DNA of 64,000 nucleotides from Mustelus asterias (taxonomy: Eukaryota), in NCBI RefSeq assembly GCF_964213995.1, contig NW_027590120.1:1922001-1986000 (forward strand), in the 5' to 3' direction. The notes below the pieces were generated by a model. That model did not search any database, was not told the DNA's origin, and saw only the letters and a program-made list of their open reading frames with translations. Position 1 is the first letter of the stretch; each line of letters starts with the position of its first letter. Of the stretch, positions 12,275 through 25,328 are shown piece by piece. The position numbers and the translations under genes were made by a program.

Positions 12275-13350
12275 CCAACATCTGTGAGTAACACACTTTC
12301 TTTTCTCCCCCTTTCCATTTCTTTTCTCATTCTGGGGGAAATTGGGGACTTGCAGCAACTGAAGGGAAAGGAAGTGAATCCAGGGAGGCTGCAGACTCTG
12401 GAAAGGTTGGCCCAGGTCTCCCTCTCTCTCTCTCTTAAAGACATTGATATAGAAACAGAGATGATAGGAGCAGGAGGAGGCCATTTGGCCCTTCGAGCCT
12501 GCTCCGCCATTCATTATGATCATGGCTGATCATCCAACTGAGTAGCCTAATCCTGCTTTTTCCCCATAACCTGTGATCCCATTCACCCCAAGTGCTTTAT
12601 CCAGCCGCCTCTTGAATACATTCAATGTTTTGGCATTGACTACTTCCTGTGGTAATAAATTCCACAGGGTGACTACTCTTTGGGTGAAGAAATGTCTACT
12701 CACCTCCGTCCTAAATGGTCTGCCCTGAATCCTCAGACTGTGACCCTTGGTTCTGGACTCCATCGGGAACATCCTCCCTGCATCTATCCTGTCTCGACCT
12801 GTTAGAATTTTATAAGTCTCTTTGAGATTCCCCCCTCATTCATCTGAACTCCAACGAAAACAATTCTAACCTGGTCAATCTCTCCTCATACATCAGTCCC
12901 GCGATTCCCTGAATCAGCCTGGTGAACATCCTTTGCTCCCTCAGCTTGACACATTTATTTGTCTGTCGAAAAGGATGGTCTTTTTCCTCATGTTCACATT
13001 AAAGGGCAGCTTTCCCCAGGAGATGGCTGACATTTAAGGGGACAGTATGTTAATATAGGACAGAGATCTGTCTAGTGTTATTATATGGTACCCAGATTAG
13101 ATATATTATTTATGTTTCTGTAATAAAATACTTTTATTATTAGTTCTTGCATTGTAATATAATGCTATAGCGATGTTATACATTTCCAGTCATAAAGTCA
13201 TTACAGCACAGAAGGAATCCATTCGGTAACTCGAGTCCATTCTGACTCTCTGTATAACATTCCAGTCCCAATCCCCCTCTATATCCCCATTCTCCTGAAA
13301 GTTTATTTCCTTCAAATGCCCATCCACTTTCGTTTTTAAATAGAATCCAT
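12275..13350 (+). repeat. Second copy of the exon-1 donor/intron-1 5' module (donor GTGAGT at 12284)
   Basis: Near-identical to 5617-6200 except for a CR1 insertion at 12447-12925. Confidence 0.8.
12447..12925 (-). mobile_element. CR1 LINE 3' fragment
   Basis: ORF 12530-12772 (RTKGHSLRI...FFTQRVVTLWNLLP) and CR1 3'UTR. Confidence 0.85.
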
Positions 13351-13450
13351 AGATATGGATGGAGATTTACAACTTTTTGGGAATGAAATAGGAAAGAATG
13401 TTCCATAGAAACTAGAATTGGCTGCTCTGAATTTCTATCCTATACTGACA

Positions 13451-13812
13451 GGGGCGGCACGGTAGCACAGTGGTTAGCACTGCTGCTTCACAGCTCCAGG
13501 GTCCTGGGTTCGATTCCCGGCTCAGGTCACTGTCTGTGTGGAGTTTGCACATTCTCCTCGTGTCTGCGTGGGTTTCCTCCGGGTGCTCCGGTTTCCTCCC
13601 ACAGTCCAAAGATGTGCGGGTTAGGTTGATTGGCCAGGTTAAAAATTGTCCCTTAGAGTCCTGGGATGCGTAGGTTAGAGGGATTAGCGGGTAAATTAGC
13701 GGGTAAAAAAAAAAAGGGATTAGCGGGTAAGGCCTGGGTGGGATTGTGGTCGGTGCAGACTCGATGGGCCGAATGGCCTCCTTCTGCACTGTAGGGTTTC
13801 TATGATTCTATG
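13451..13812 (+). mobile_element. HE1-like V-SINE, full length
   Basis: A and B boxes, V-core, ttctatga tail; inserted into a duplicated intron-end motif (13360-13925). Confidence 0.9.
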
Positions 13813-14969
13813 ACTGTGATGACTTTTGCAAACTCATTTCATAGGATATTGAATGAGGAATCAAAGGCAAAAATCTCAACCGTCACGTCTAGACAGAGCC
13901 ATATTCCTTGGGATCTGAATATCTTGTAATATGGAACTGTAGCTACGTTATATATTTCCAGACATCTCTTCCCTCAGAGGGTTGTTAGTCTTTTGGATTT
14001 CTCTTCCACAGGGACCAGTGGAGGCTGAGGATCATTGAATATATTCCAGTTAGACAGATCTTTGACTGACAAGGGTGTCAAGGGTTATGGGGAACAGACA
14101 AGAAGATGGAGCAAAAGCTAAGACGTGGGGGGATTTCTTCACTCAAGGATGTGGGAAAGCTTTGGAATTCTCAATCCCTGAGGACAGTGAAGCCTCAGTC
14201 ATCAACTACTTGCAAGAGAGAGATTGATTGGTTTCTAGATATTGAATATATCAAGGGATATGGGTTTAGTGTGGGGAGAATGATGCTGAGGTAGATGAAC
14301 GAATTATCTCATTGAATAGTTTAAAAGAATCGATGGGCCAAATGGCCGACTGCAGCTCCTATTTGTTATGGTCTCTGTGTCCAGGACAGGAAGCAGTGAG
14401 CATGGATCTGTCAATCAGCCTCAATCAGCACCTTCAGGAGAATTGGGAGGGTGAATATTAGATACAGCAGAGTGAGAATGGAGGGAGAGTGTGTGGGATG
14501 GAAATTTACAGCTTTTTGGGACTGAAATAGGAAAGAATGTTCCATAGAAACTAGAATTGTCTGTTCTGAATTTCTATCCTGTACTGACACTGATGACTTT
14601 TGTCAACCTGTTTTACAGGATATTGAAAGAGGAATCACAGGCCGAAATCTCAAACGTCACGTCTAGATCTGACAGAGTCATATTCCTTGGGAGCTGAATA
14701 TCATCGGACTTTGAATCTGGAAGGAGAAATGATTGTCCAGTCTGTTGATTTGAAAAGATTTGAAATGTCAGTGTGACTGGAAAAGCAGCAACACACTGCC
14801 ACACTCGAGTGAGAGTGTTCCAGTGCACTAACTAAAGAGCTTTAACCAGTTACACAGCCTGAATAAATATCACACCATTCACAGCAGGGAGAGACTGTAC
14901 CCGTGTTGTGAGTGTGGACGAGACTTCAACTGATTGTCCACCCAAGAGAGAGGTAAGGACACCTGCACC

Positions 14970-15980
14970 ATGGAGAAACCGTGGAAATGTGGGGACTGTG
15001 GGAAGAGATACAGAGCCCCATCAGAGCTGGAAGCTCATCGGCGCAACCACACTGGGGAGAGACCATTCACCTGCTCTCAGTGTGGGGAGGGATTCACTCA
15101 GTCATTCAGCCTGCAGTCACACCAGCGAGTTCACACTGGGGAGAGACCGTTCACGTGTTCTCAGTGCGGGGAGGGATTCAGTCATTTATCCAGCCTGCGG
15201 ACACACCAGCGAGTTCACACTGGGGAGAGGCCGTTCACCTGCCCTCAGTGTGGGAAGGGATTCACTTGTTCATCCAGCCTGCAGTCACACCGGCGAGTTC
15301 ACACTGGGGAAAGGCCATTCACCTGCCCTCAGTGTGGGAAGGGTTTCACTCAGTCATTCAACCTGCGGGCACACCAGCGAGTTCACACTGGAGAGAGGCC
15401 ATTCACCTGCTCTCAGTGTGGGAAGGGATTCACTCAGTCATCCCACCTGCGGATACACCACCGAGTTCACACTGGGGAGAGGCCATTCACCTGCTCTCAG
15501 TGTGGGAATGGATTCACTCAGTCATCCCACCTGCAGACACACCAGCGGGTTCACACTGGGGAGAGGCCATTCACCTGCTCTCAATGTGGGGAGGGATTCA
15601 GTCGGTCATCCCACCTGCAGACACACCAGCGAGTTCACACTGGGGAGAGGCCATTCACCTGCTCTCAATGTGGGGAGGGATTTACTCAGTCATCCCAGCT
15701 GCAGATACACCAGCGAGTTCACACTGGGGAGAGGCCATTCACCTGCTCTCAGTGTGGGAAGGGATTCACTCAGTCATCCAGCCTGCTGACACACCAGCGA
15801 GTTCACACTGGGGAGAAGCCGTTCACCTGCTCTCAATGTGCGAAGGGATTCACTCGGTCCTCCCACCTCCAGATACACCAGCGAGTTCACACTGGGGAGA
15901 GACCGTTCAGCTGCTCTGTGTGTGAGAAGAGATTCAGTCTTTCATCCGCCCTGCTGAGACACCAACAAGTTCACGAGTGA
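14970..15980 (+). CDS. C2H2 zinc-finger protein, 12 fingers, 336 aa (gene A)
   Basis: Starts at Kozak ACCATGG (MEKPWKC); 12 CxxC-x12-HxxxH units with TGERPF linkers; acceptor ttttacag ends at 14618. Confidence 0.9.
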   Translation: MEKPWKCGDCGKRYRAPSELEAHRRNHTGERPFTCSQCGEGFTQSFSLQSHQRVHTGERPFTCSQCGEGFSHLSSLRTHQRVHTGERPFTCPQCGKGFTCSSSLQSHRRVHTGERPFTCPQCGKGFTQSFNLRAHQRVHTGERPFTCSQCGKGFTQSSHLRIHHRVHTGERPFTCSQCGNGFTQSSHLQTHQRVHTGERPFTCSQCGEGFSRSSHLQTHQRVHTGERPFTCSQCGEGFTQSSQLQIHQRVHTGERPFTCSQCGKGFTQSSSLLTHQRVHTGEKPFTCSQCAKGFTRSSHLQIHQRVHTGERPFSCSVCEKRFSLSSALLRHQQVHE

Positions 15981-17167
15981 TTCCAGGGGTTGTTTCTGTT
16001 ATTGTTTCTGCTCTCAATTACATCCAGGACTGCATTTTGTTCATTCTCACAGTTGGTCAATGGGGAGGGTCAGAGGGTTTCTTTCTGCTGGACTGGCCGG
16101 TCTCATGACTTTGCCTCCAGTGGGCTGATGCTCTTTGAGTCGTGTTACCAAATTTCACAAGGATCACAGAGTGACAGGGTGTGAGGAAGTTAAGAGTCAC
16201 TATTTTTGTTTGAAATCCCCTCAAATGCCCATCCAATTTCCTTTGTAATTGTTTATTGTCTCCACTTCCTCCACCCTCGTAGGCAGCAAGTTCCAGCTCA
16301 TTACCATTCGCTGCATCAAAATATTCTTCGTCACATCCCACCCCCACGCATCTCTGATCCAAAACCTTAAATCTGTGTCCCCCTCATCCTTGTCCCATCA
16401 GCTAATGGGAACAGCTTTTCTTTGTCCACCTTATCTAAACCTGTCAGAATCTTGTCCACCTCTATCAAATCTCCCCTCAACCTCCTTTGCTCCAAGGGAA
16501 ACAACCCCAGCCTGACATCGACAATAAAGAACAAACTAACAGAATATGTTAATACCTGAAATCAAATGGGAATGTTTAATTTCTGTTTTAATGATATTGT
16601 GAATATATTGTCCTGGACAATAACAGAATTGGAATAACTCACCTTGGGTGTGGTTGAATGGAATACCTCAATCTGATATCCACCTACAGTCTAGTGAAAG
16701 TGTGGAATGTGTAGCTGGAAATCCCTCCCTAACAGCACTGTGGGTGTACTTACACCTCAGGCATTGTAGCAGTTCAGGAAGGCAGTGTTGGGGTTGACCA
16801 TGGCCGAGGCAGCTACATACAGCCACATATTCTGTTATAATTGAAGGACTGCAGATTGAATGTGAGGCATTATGGGACTGGACTATCTTAACCACATTCC
16901 TGTGACTGCTCAGTTTCTGCAATCATGAACCATTAAAGCTGCTTAGCAGGGCCCCAACAGAGGACCTGGTGAGAATATTTACTCAGAATGAGCTAAAATT
17001 AGCTAAAACAAAGATTTTGCAGCTGGCAACATGTTTGGGATTTTAAATCAACAAAGACTTGATGTTTCCGATAAAATCAGGCCTTGGAAGTTGGCTAAAA
17101 AAAGTTTAAGTTATAATGAAGGGGAATGAAGGATCTTGTGTCTTATTTTAATCAAGGAGTTGTGAGC

Positions 17168-18082
17168 TTAGACCATAAGACACAGGAGCAGAATTAGGCC
17201 ACTCGGCCCATCGAGTCTTCTCCGCTATTCAATCATGGCTGATATTTTTCTCATCCAAATTCTCCTGCCTTTTCCACATAACCCCTGATCCCCTTATTAA
17301 TCAAGAACCTATCTATCTCTGTCTTACAGACACTCAATGAACTGACCTTCACAGCCTTCTGTGGCAAAGAGTTCCACAGATTCACCACTCTCTGGCTGAA
17401 GAAATTCCTCCTCATCTCTGTTTTAAAGGATCATCCCTTTAGCCTGAGGTTGTGCCCTCTAGTTTTTTCCCACTAAGTTTCAATAAGATCTCCCTTCATC
17501 CTTCTAAACTCCAATGAGTGCAGACCCAGAGTCCTCAACCATTCTTCATACGACAAGCTCTTCATTCCAGAGATCATTCTTGTGAAGCTCCTCCAGACCC
17601 TTTCCAAGACCAGCATATCGTTCCTTAGATGTGGGGCTCAAAACTGCTCACAATACTCCAAATGGGGTCTGACCAGAGCCTTATACTGTCTCAGAAGTAC
17701 ATCGCTGCTCTTGTATTCTAGCCCTCTTGACATGAATGCTAACATTGCATCTGCCTTTCGAACTGCCAACTAAACCTGCACGTTAACTTCAAGAGAATCT
17801 TGAACAATGACTCCCAAGTCCCTTTGTGCTTCTGATTTCTGAAACATTTCCCCATTTAGGAAATAGTCGATGTCTCCATTCCTCCTCCCCAAGTACATAA
17901 TCTCACACTTTTCCACATTGTATTCCATCTGCCACTTCTTTGCCCACTCTCCTAGCCCATCAAAGTCCTTCTGCAGCCCCTCTGCTTCCTCAATACTACC
18001 TGCCCCTCTACATATCTTTGTATCATCTGCAAACTTAGCAACAATGCCTTCAGTTCCATCTTCCAAATCATTAATGTATATT
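17168..18082 (-). mobile_element. CR1 LINE 3' fragment (RT)
   Basis: ORF 17770-18066 KFADDTKI...WAKKWQMEYNVEKC; CR1 3'UTR at about 17170. Confidence 0.85.
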
Positions 18083-18682
18083 GCGAAACGTTTGTGGTGC
18101 TCTGTCGCTTTAAGAAGCTATAGCTGCGAGAGAGAATGCTGAGGATTCATTGTTTGAAATTTACGAGCTGTGAGAACCTGTGTGTTTCATTTGTTTTATG
18201 TGGATGTTTGTAGATGTGTTTTATTATTGTTTTGGGCTACATTTGTTAAGGTTTATCTTTCTGGGGAATTAACCTTATCTTGAGTCTTTAATTAAAGGCA
18301 TTTCTGGAAGTTTAGAAACAGAACCACAAGAACGCTTAAGGAATTAATTTTGTTTATTGTTGTAAAGCACATGCTATGTTTCTCTGTTTGTGTGTGGATG
18401 ATATTTGTTGAATGCTTCAAGCTTTCAGGTTTTCTGTCTGTGATTTAAATCAAACATTTAAATAAAGGACGTGTAATTAATAAAGCTTTTTTTCATAAAA
18501 GTTGTGAACCTGGAGCCACATTTACTGGCCAGAGACATGATTCCAGGAAACTTTGCTAAACTTGTGGGAATTTTAATCCAGATTCAAACTCACACATATG
18601 AGTATGAGAGAGTTTTAATTGTAATGGTTATTTAAAATTTGGGACATGTGAAATAATTCTGACCATTCCTGTGTTCATTGAA

Positions 18683-19032
18683 TCATAGAATCCCTCCAGT
18701 GCAGAAGGGACCATTCGGACCATCGAGTCTGCACCATCTCTCTAACAGAGCACCTTACCCAGGCCCTCTCCCCTGCCCTATCCCTGTAATCTCACACATT
18801 TACCATGGCTAACCTATCTAACCCACACAGCTTGGGAGACGAAGAGGGAATTCAACATTGCAAATCCACTGAATCTGGGCATCTTTGGTCTGTGGGTGGA
18901 AACTGGAGCACCCGGAGGAAGCCCACGCAGACACAGGGAGAACATGCAAATTCCAAACAGACACTCACCCAAGGCTGGAATTAAATGCCTGACGCTGTGA
19001 GGTAGCAGTGCTAACCACTGTGCCACCATGTC
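18683..19032 (-). mobile_element. HE1-like V-SINE (older copy)
   Basis: Diverged match to the other SINE copies. Confidence 0.8.
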
Positions 19033-20919
19033 ACCCGATAGTTGAGGCCAAAACATTGCCTGATTTCAAGAAGATATGAGATATACTCTTGGGGCTAAAG
19101 GGATCAAGGGATATGGAAGGAAGGGGCGAATCAGGAAATTGAATTCAATGATCAGCCATGATCAAGATGAATGGTGGAGCAGGCTCAAGGGGCCGAATGG
19201 CCTACTCCTGCTTCTAGTTTCTATGTTTCTCTCCACTGGGCCAGCATTCCATCCAGTGGCACAGTGGTGAGCACTGCTGCCTCAAAAAAGCAAATACAAC
19301 AATGGCTTTGGCATCTGCTACAATGTGACTGACAGATTGACAACGGAGTCAAGGGCATCAGGAGCAAAAGATACCCTGGGAGGTGGAGAAGAATGCGACG
19401 GAGATTACGTGCGGGTCCTTGATTGGTTTTCTAAAGAGATTCAGAAAGGAAGCAGCAAGTTGGAAAAAGTCCAGAATAAATTAATTTCCAGTTACATTGG
19501 AAACCTGTTGCCTCACAGCTGAGTCCAAAATATAAAGAGTTGAGGGAACTGGTGGATAAGCTGCAGAATGGAGCTGATTGCTGGCAGGAGAGCACGTCTC
19601 ACCTGGACAATCAGTTACATTGGGAACAGGGGGCAGATGATAGGGTGAGTGGAGCTCAGAAAAATCTACTGCTGTTCGGCCAAACTCTGGAACAAGATAT
19701 TGATTTATAGTCAGAAAATATCAGATCAAGTGAAGAGTTAGAAAATGCCGTGGGGACTTTGAGGAAGTTAATTCAGCCACAAAGTGACACCTCCCCTGAA
19801 GCAGACCACTCCCTGTGTTTAGCTAACATCAAACAACCTGAGACACAAATCAGTCACCAGTGAGTAAATGTAGTTGTTTTCTCCAAAAAAAGAATCACTG
19901 AAAGCACTCCCCCTTCTCCTCTGCCTCTCCTGTGTGATAAGGGAATGCAGGTGTGTGTGATTAGCCATGACTTCTGCACCATCATGATCCACAACGCTTA
20001 CTCCAAGTTGGTTTGCCCAGTTGAAGGAATGCTGTACATTTGAGTCATAATTGTTGAAGCAGGGTGTTGTTTGAAAGCATCACAGATTCGAAGAATTAGT
20101 TTGGAAAGGGAATAAAAATTAATTTAATTTGAACTGCCGTGTGTTTCTGTTTGAAATAAATTCAGACTGTACTAAAATGTGAAAGGAATGTATTTGGGTT
20201 TGAAATTAAGTTGTTCAAGGTTAGAATTGTGAAGGCCAATTTGCTCCCAAAACACAAAGATCAGGCTGCAGTTTGGCAGCAAACCAGTTCCAACTTTCCT
20301 AAACATCTGAGTTTAAATTGTTGAGATTCGGTTAACAACATATTTCACAAAGTATTTCTTTCAACTTTGATTAAGTGGAAAATATTGAAAGTTGAAATTG
20401 GTGTTCAAAAAAGGATCGATAAAAGAGATGAAATTGGAACAAAATTGAAGAAAATAACACGAGAGAAGTTTTTTAAATTATGTAAGTTGATGCAATTGCC
20501 AAGTTTCCTCTGCCCACTCCCCGCCTCTCTCGGTTCCACAGAGAAGTTAACACTTTCAGCAGACAGTTGATTGTTATAAATCTCCACACAGCCTTTGTTT
20601 TTTAATGTAACCTATACTTGGACATATTAACTCACTGAGATCTTGGCCAGAGCCAGATGGATTGTTTGTGTTTTTTAAACAGGTGATGATGGTTTCCAGC
20701 TCTGAGTGAAGTCAACAGTTTTGAGAATTAAAGCAGAGAATAAAAGACTTTACTTTTCAGAAAACCACCAAGCCTGCTTAGGATACTGGAATTGATAAAC
20801 ATCTGATGTGAGTTGCTATTTCAAGCATTGAAAATGGAAATCACCTGTTGTTTAAGGGAAAGAACAAAGTTGATAATGCCTGGAATCAAACACAAATTTG
20901 GGGCAGCACTGTGGCACAA

Positions 20920-21262
20920 TGGTTCTCATGGCTGTCTCACAGTAAGAAGTCTCACAACACCAGGTTAAAGTCCAACAGGTTTATTTGGTAGCAAATAGGC
21001 CAGGGACCCGGTTCGATTCCTGACTTGGGTCACTGTCTGGCGGAGTCTGCACGTTCTCCCTGTGTCTGCGTGGATTTCCTCCGGGTGCTCCAGTTTCCTC
21101 CCACAGTCAAAAAGACGTGCTAGTTAGGTGCATTGGCTAGGCTAAATTCTCCCGCAGTGTGCCAGAGCAGGCGCCGGAGTGTGGCGACTAAGGGATTTTC
21201 GCAGTAACTTCATTGCAGTGTGAATGTAAGCCTACTTGTGACTAATGAATAAACTTTGACTT
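20920..21262 (+). mobile_element. V-SINE (alternative tail) carrying a ~60-bp Penelope terminal fragment at 20941-20998
   Basis: B box ggttcgattcc; inserted agtaagaagtctcacaacaccaggttaaagtccaacagg. Confidence 0.75.
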
Positions 21263-21514
21263 CAAATATTCTTAAAGTTTTTAAAGTTTATTTATTAGTG
21301 TCACAACTAGACTTGCATTAACACTGCAATGAAGTTACTGTGAAATGTTCGGTTTCTTTTTAAAGATATTATGAGTATATTTCATGTTTTAAAAGATTCT
21401 CCAGAACTCCGGAAAGTGCAGTTTAAAGGAATGCATACATTCGGGTATGGAACATTCTGGTAAAGGGGAAGTATAGATGAGGTAAATGAGGTGACAGCTT
21501 TTTCTTGGAGATAT

Positions 21515-21780
21515 TTAAAGTTTATTTATTAGTGTCACAAGTAAGGCTTATTGCAATGACGTCACTGTGAAATTCCCCTAGTCACCACATTCCGGCGCCT
21601 GTTTGGGACAATGCACCTAACCAGCATGTCTTTCAGTCTGGGAGGAAACCGGAGTACCCGGAGGAAACCGACGCAGACACGGGGAGAATGTGCAAACTCC
21701 GCACAGACAGTGACCCAAGTCGGGAATCAAACCCAGATCCCTGGTGCTGTGAGGCAGCAGTGCGAGCCACCGTGCCACCC
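21515..21780 (-). mobile_element. V-SINE (alternative tail)
   Basis: Reverse-complement match to 2560-2861. Confidence 0.75.
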
Positions 21781-22299
21781 CTTGTTTGTTTCTTTGTCCA
21801 TGAACTATTTGAGAGAACTGAATTTTATAATCTGGCCGCCATCTGAGACGTTGGGATTGTACAGGGGGAAATAAGCAAATACGTTGAGATGGAAAACCCC
21901 TTTGACCCCGGCTTTTGACTTTCTTTTGAAGTTTCCAGCAGAATTATTGGATGGTGCATCCTTTGAAAGAGAGTGGAATTCAGGATGATGATTGGTAAAA
22001 TACCCAGCACCATCGCTATAGACCTGATAAACCTTTCACAAATACACAACAAGGATTTGTGGGAGAGGACAGAGAGATAACAACAAGCAAGACAAAGTAC
22101 ATGTCTGGTTAATAACAACAACATGAGAGACAACATTTAACATGGAGGGAAATGTGTGAAGATGGCTTATGAATGTGAGACTCCAACAGAGAATTAAAGA
22201 AGGAATTGGAACACTGATGTGAGATTGCAGAATTGGTTTGTAAGTTGTGAATGAACTAATATGCGAGAGTGCACAGTGCAGCTGTATTGAAGAATGAAG

Positions 22300-22625
22300 T
22301 GTGGCACGGTGGCACAATGGTTAGCAGTGCTTCGTCATAGCGCCCAAGGACCCGGGTTCAATTCTGGCCTCGGGTCACTGTCTGTGTGGAGTTTGCACAA
22401 TCTCTCCGTATCTGCGTGGGTTTCCTCCAGGTGCTCCGGTTTCCTCCCACACTCCAAAGATATGCAGGTTAGGTTGATTGGCCATAGTAAATTGCTTCTG
22501 AGCGTCAGGCGAACTAGCAGGGTAAATAAATGGGGTTTTGGGGATAGAGCCTGGATGGGATTGTGGTCGGTGCAGACACGATGGGCCAAATGGCCTCCTT
22601 CTGCACTGTAATGATTCTATGATTC
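22300..22625 (+). mobile_element. HE1-like V-SINE
   Basis: A/B boxes, V-core, ttctatga tail. Confidence 0.85.
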
Positions 22626-23534
22626 AAATGGGACTTTCTCAGCTGCTTGACTAACAGCGTGACATGAAATGGTTAATATGACCTGAAGAGTAAGAAATCA
22701 TTTTGAAATGATCAAGGCACTGACACAGACTCCAGAGAAACTGACTGGAAGAACAAATTAAAGTAAATGGAATTTTGGACTGGGACAAATGAAGGCGCGG
22801 GAGAAATAATACTGAATAAGAATTATTACAAGATGGAGCAGGTTAAGGGACAGCTTGAGAATTGTTTTGAATCTATGCAATTTATACAGCAATTATATGT
22901 TATCACTGCTTTTATATCCAATTATACCATTTCAATTATGTCTGAAAATTAGTTGTGAGAAGGAGATTGTAAAGGGAATGGAAGTTGGCTACCTTGGGCT
23001 AAGCCAATGAGGAAAAGGGGGAAAATGCCAGAGTGAATGAATAGATTTAGTAAAAGGGGTGATAGATGTAACACCCCTGCATTAGAGTAAAATCACATGT
23101 TAATCAAATGCTCCACATCAAGGTTCTAATATCAGCAAGGTTGTTTACTTGTTTGAGGAACAAACAGTTTCTGGATTACAGACAAGTCTTTGGGTGAAGT
23201 TTTAATAATAAACCTACATAGGCAAAATAGGAATTTTTGAACAATGTTCTGTGCTCTGACTAACAGTATAACATTTATAGCTGTATTGGAGCTGGGAGCT
23301 GTGTTAGAATGCTCAGTGGGATTTGTGAGTGATCTTGGGCTTTGCAGGTTGGACTCTAGTTGTGGAGGTACTGAGTGCCCCTGGGGCAGGATTTTGGGAA
23401 ATCGCCTTTGGTTCAGGACCCCGAGGAAGATTCACATTTCTACTTGGGGTGGTCACTCAATGGAGTTAGTGAAAGTCATTATTGTTATTCATAATTTTAC
23501 CTTTCTAAAAATAAACTTTGAAATGGGAATGGGA

Positions 23535-24310
23535 AAATGAGCTGTAGTCCAGAAGCCAGTGTTGAGTGTTGTGAGGTACTGAGGAGGGTATCAAGGTTGC
23601 AGGAGTGTACCGGCAGACAGGAAGGTGGGTTGAAGTGTGTCTACTTCAATGCAAGGAGCATCTGGAATAAGGCAGGTGAACTTGGAGTGTGGATTGGTAC
23701 TTGGGACTACAATGTTGTGGCCATTACGGAGACATGGTTAGAACAGGGACAGGAATGGTTGTTGGAAGTTCTGGGGTATAGATGTTTCAGTAAGAGTAGG
23801 GAAGGTGGTAAAAGAGGTGGAGGAGTAGCATTATTAATCAAGGATAGTTTAACGGCTGCAGAAAGACAGTTCGAGGGGGATCTGCCTACTGAGGTAATAT
23901 GGGCTGAAGTTAGAAATAGGAAAGGAGCGGTCACGTTGTTAGGAGTTTTCTATAGGCCCCCAAATAGTAATAGAGATGTGGAGGAAGAAATTGCAAAGCA
24001 GATTATGGATAGGTGACTTTAACTTTCCAAATATTGATTGGAACCTTTATAGGTCAAATAGTTCGGATGGGGCAGTTTTTGTACAGTGTGTGCAGGAGGG
24101 TTTCCTGACACAATATGTGGATAGGCCGACAAGAGGTGGGGCCACATTGGACTTGGCCCGTTTCATTACCCAGTACCAAGTGTTCGGTTTGTTTGTGGGA
24201 GAGCACTTTGGAGATAGTGACCACAATTCGGTGTCTTTCGTTATTGCAATGGAGAGGGATAGGGCCGTACGGCAGGGCAAGGTTTACAATTGGGGGAGGT
24301 GGAATTATGA
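23535..24310 (+). mobile_element. CR1 ORF2 N-terminal (APE endonuclease) fragment
   Basis: LKCVYFNARSI...VAITETWL...GGGVAL...GVFYRPP...GDFNFP...SDH motifs in ORFs 23537-24446. Confidence 0.85.
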
Positions 24311-24449
24311 TGGGATTATTTTGATGCAGCGAATGGTAATGACCTGGAACTCGCTGCCTACGAGAGTGGAGGAAGTGGAGACAATAAACAATTACAAAGG
24401 AAATTGGATGAGCGTTTGGGGCATTTCAAAAATAAATGCTGACTAAATA

Positions 24450-25090
24450 TCTCTGAACTTCCTCACACCCGGTCACTCTGTCATTCTTGTGAAATTTGAA
24501 ATCAGGTATTTGCAACAAGACTCAAAGAGCATCAGCCCACTGGAGGCAAAGTTGTGAGACCGGCCAGTCCAGCAGAAAGAAACCCTCCGACCCTCCCCAA
24601 TGACCAACTGTGAGACTGAACAAAATGCAGTCCTGGATGTAATTGAGAGCAGAAACAATAACAGCAGACTCTCATCCCCATATTCACTTCTGAACTCGCT
24701 GGTGTCTCAGCAGATTCGATAACTGAGTGAATCTTTTCCCACATGCAGAGCAGTTGAATGGCCGCTCTCCTGTGTGAACTCGCTGGTGTTTCTGTAGGTT
24801 GGATGACTTACTGAATCCCTTCCCACATTGAAAGCAGCTGTATGGTCTCTCCCCTGTGTGATCTCGCTGGTGTGTCTGCAGGCTTCATATCCGAGTAAAT
24901 CCCTTCCCACACTGACAGCAGGTGAATGCACTCTCACCAGTGTGAACTTGCTGGTGTCTCTGCAGAGTGGATGAATCAGTGAATCCCTTCCCACACACCC
25001 AGCAGGCGAACGGCCTCTCCCCAGTGTGGCTGTGCCGATGAGCTTCCAGTGGAGAGGGCACTTTGTATCTCTTCCCAGTGTGTTGTGCCT
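24450..25090 (-). pseudogene. Truncated ZNF pseudogene, third copy of the gene A/B lineage, with 3'UTR
   Basis: About 4-5 degenerate fingers ([22 protein letters not shown]...) with a stop; 24450-24680 matches the gene A/B 3'UTRs; 5' end replaced at about 25091. Confidence 0.8.
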
Positions 25091-25328
25091 GATTCAATTG
25101 ACAAACAGTTTATTGAGTTACGCCAGCGGGGAGAAGCCACAGGGGCTGACCATGTGCAACTCCACCCAACAAAGAATATCATCAATTCTTATCCAGTTAC
25201 TCAGCCCATCCCGGCTGGACACAATCCAATCAGAATGGTGATAGATTACATACATTTTCGGTTCAATAAAATTAGTATCTGGGCATTATGGGGCTTTGTG
25301 ATCATCTCATGGACAGGTGCCCCATCAT
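25091..25328 (-). mobile_element. Possible short LTR (TG...CA, AATAAA near the end) truncating the pseudogene
   Basis: On the minus strand a purine-rich tract precedes TG; CCAAT-like and AATAAA signals are present; it ends ...gaatCA. No TSD verified. Confidence 0.3.

Noticed and set aside
13451-13530. tRNA genes
   Set aside because: The A/B boxes belong to tRNA-derived SINE heads followed by the V-core; no stand-alone tRNA was seen.
13412-13789. Recurrent ORFs MDCGRKPEHPEETHAD / MVSTAASQ
   Set aside because: Translations of SINE copies, not genes.
14770-14935. Selenocysteine recoding of the conserved TGA codons
   Set aside because: The TGAs are not at Cys positions, alternate with CGA/CAA/TAA/TCA, the region has frameshifts, and no SECIS was identified.
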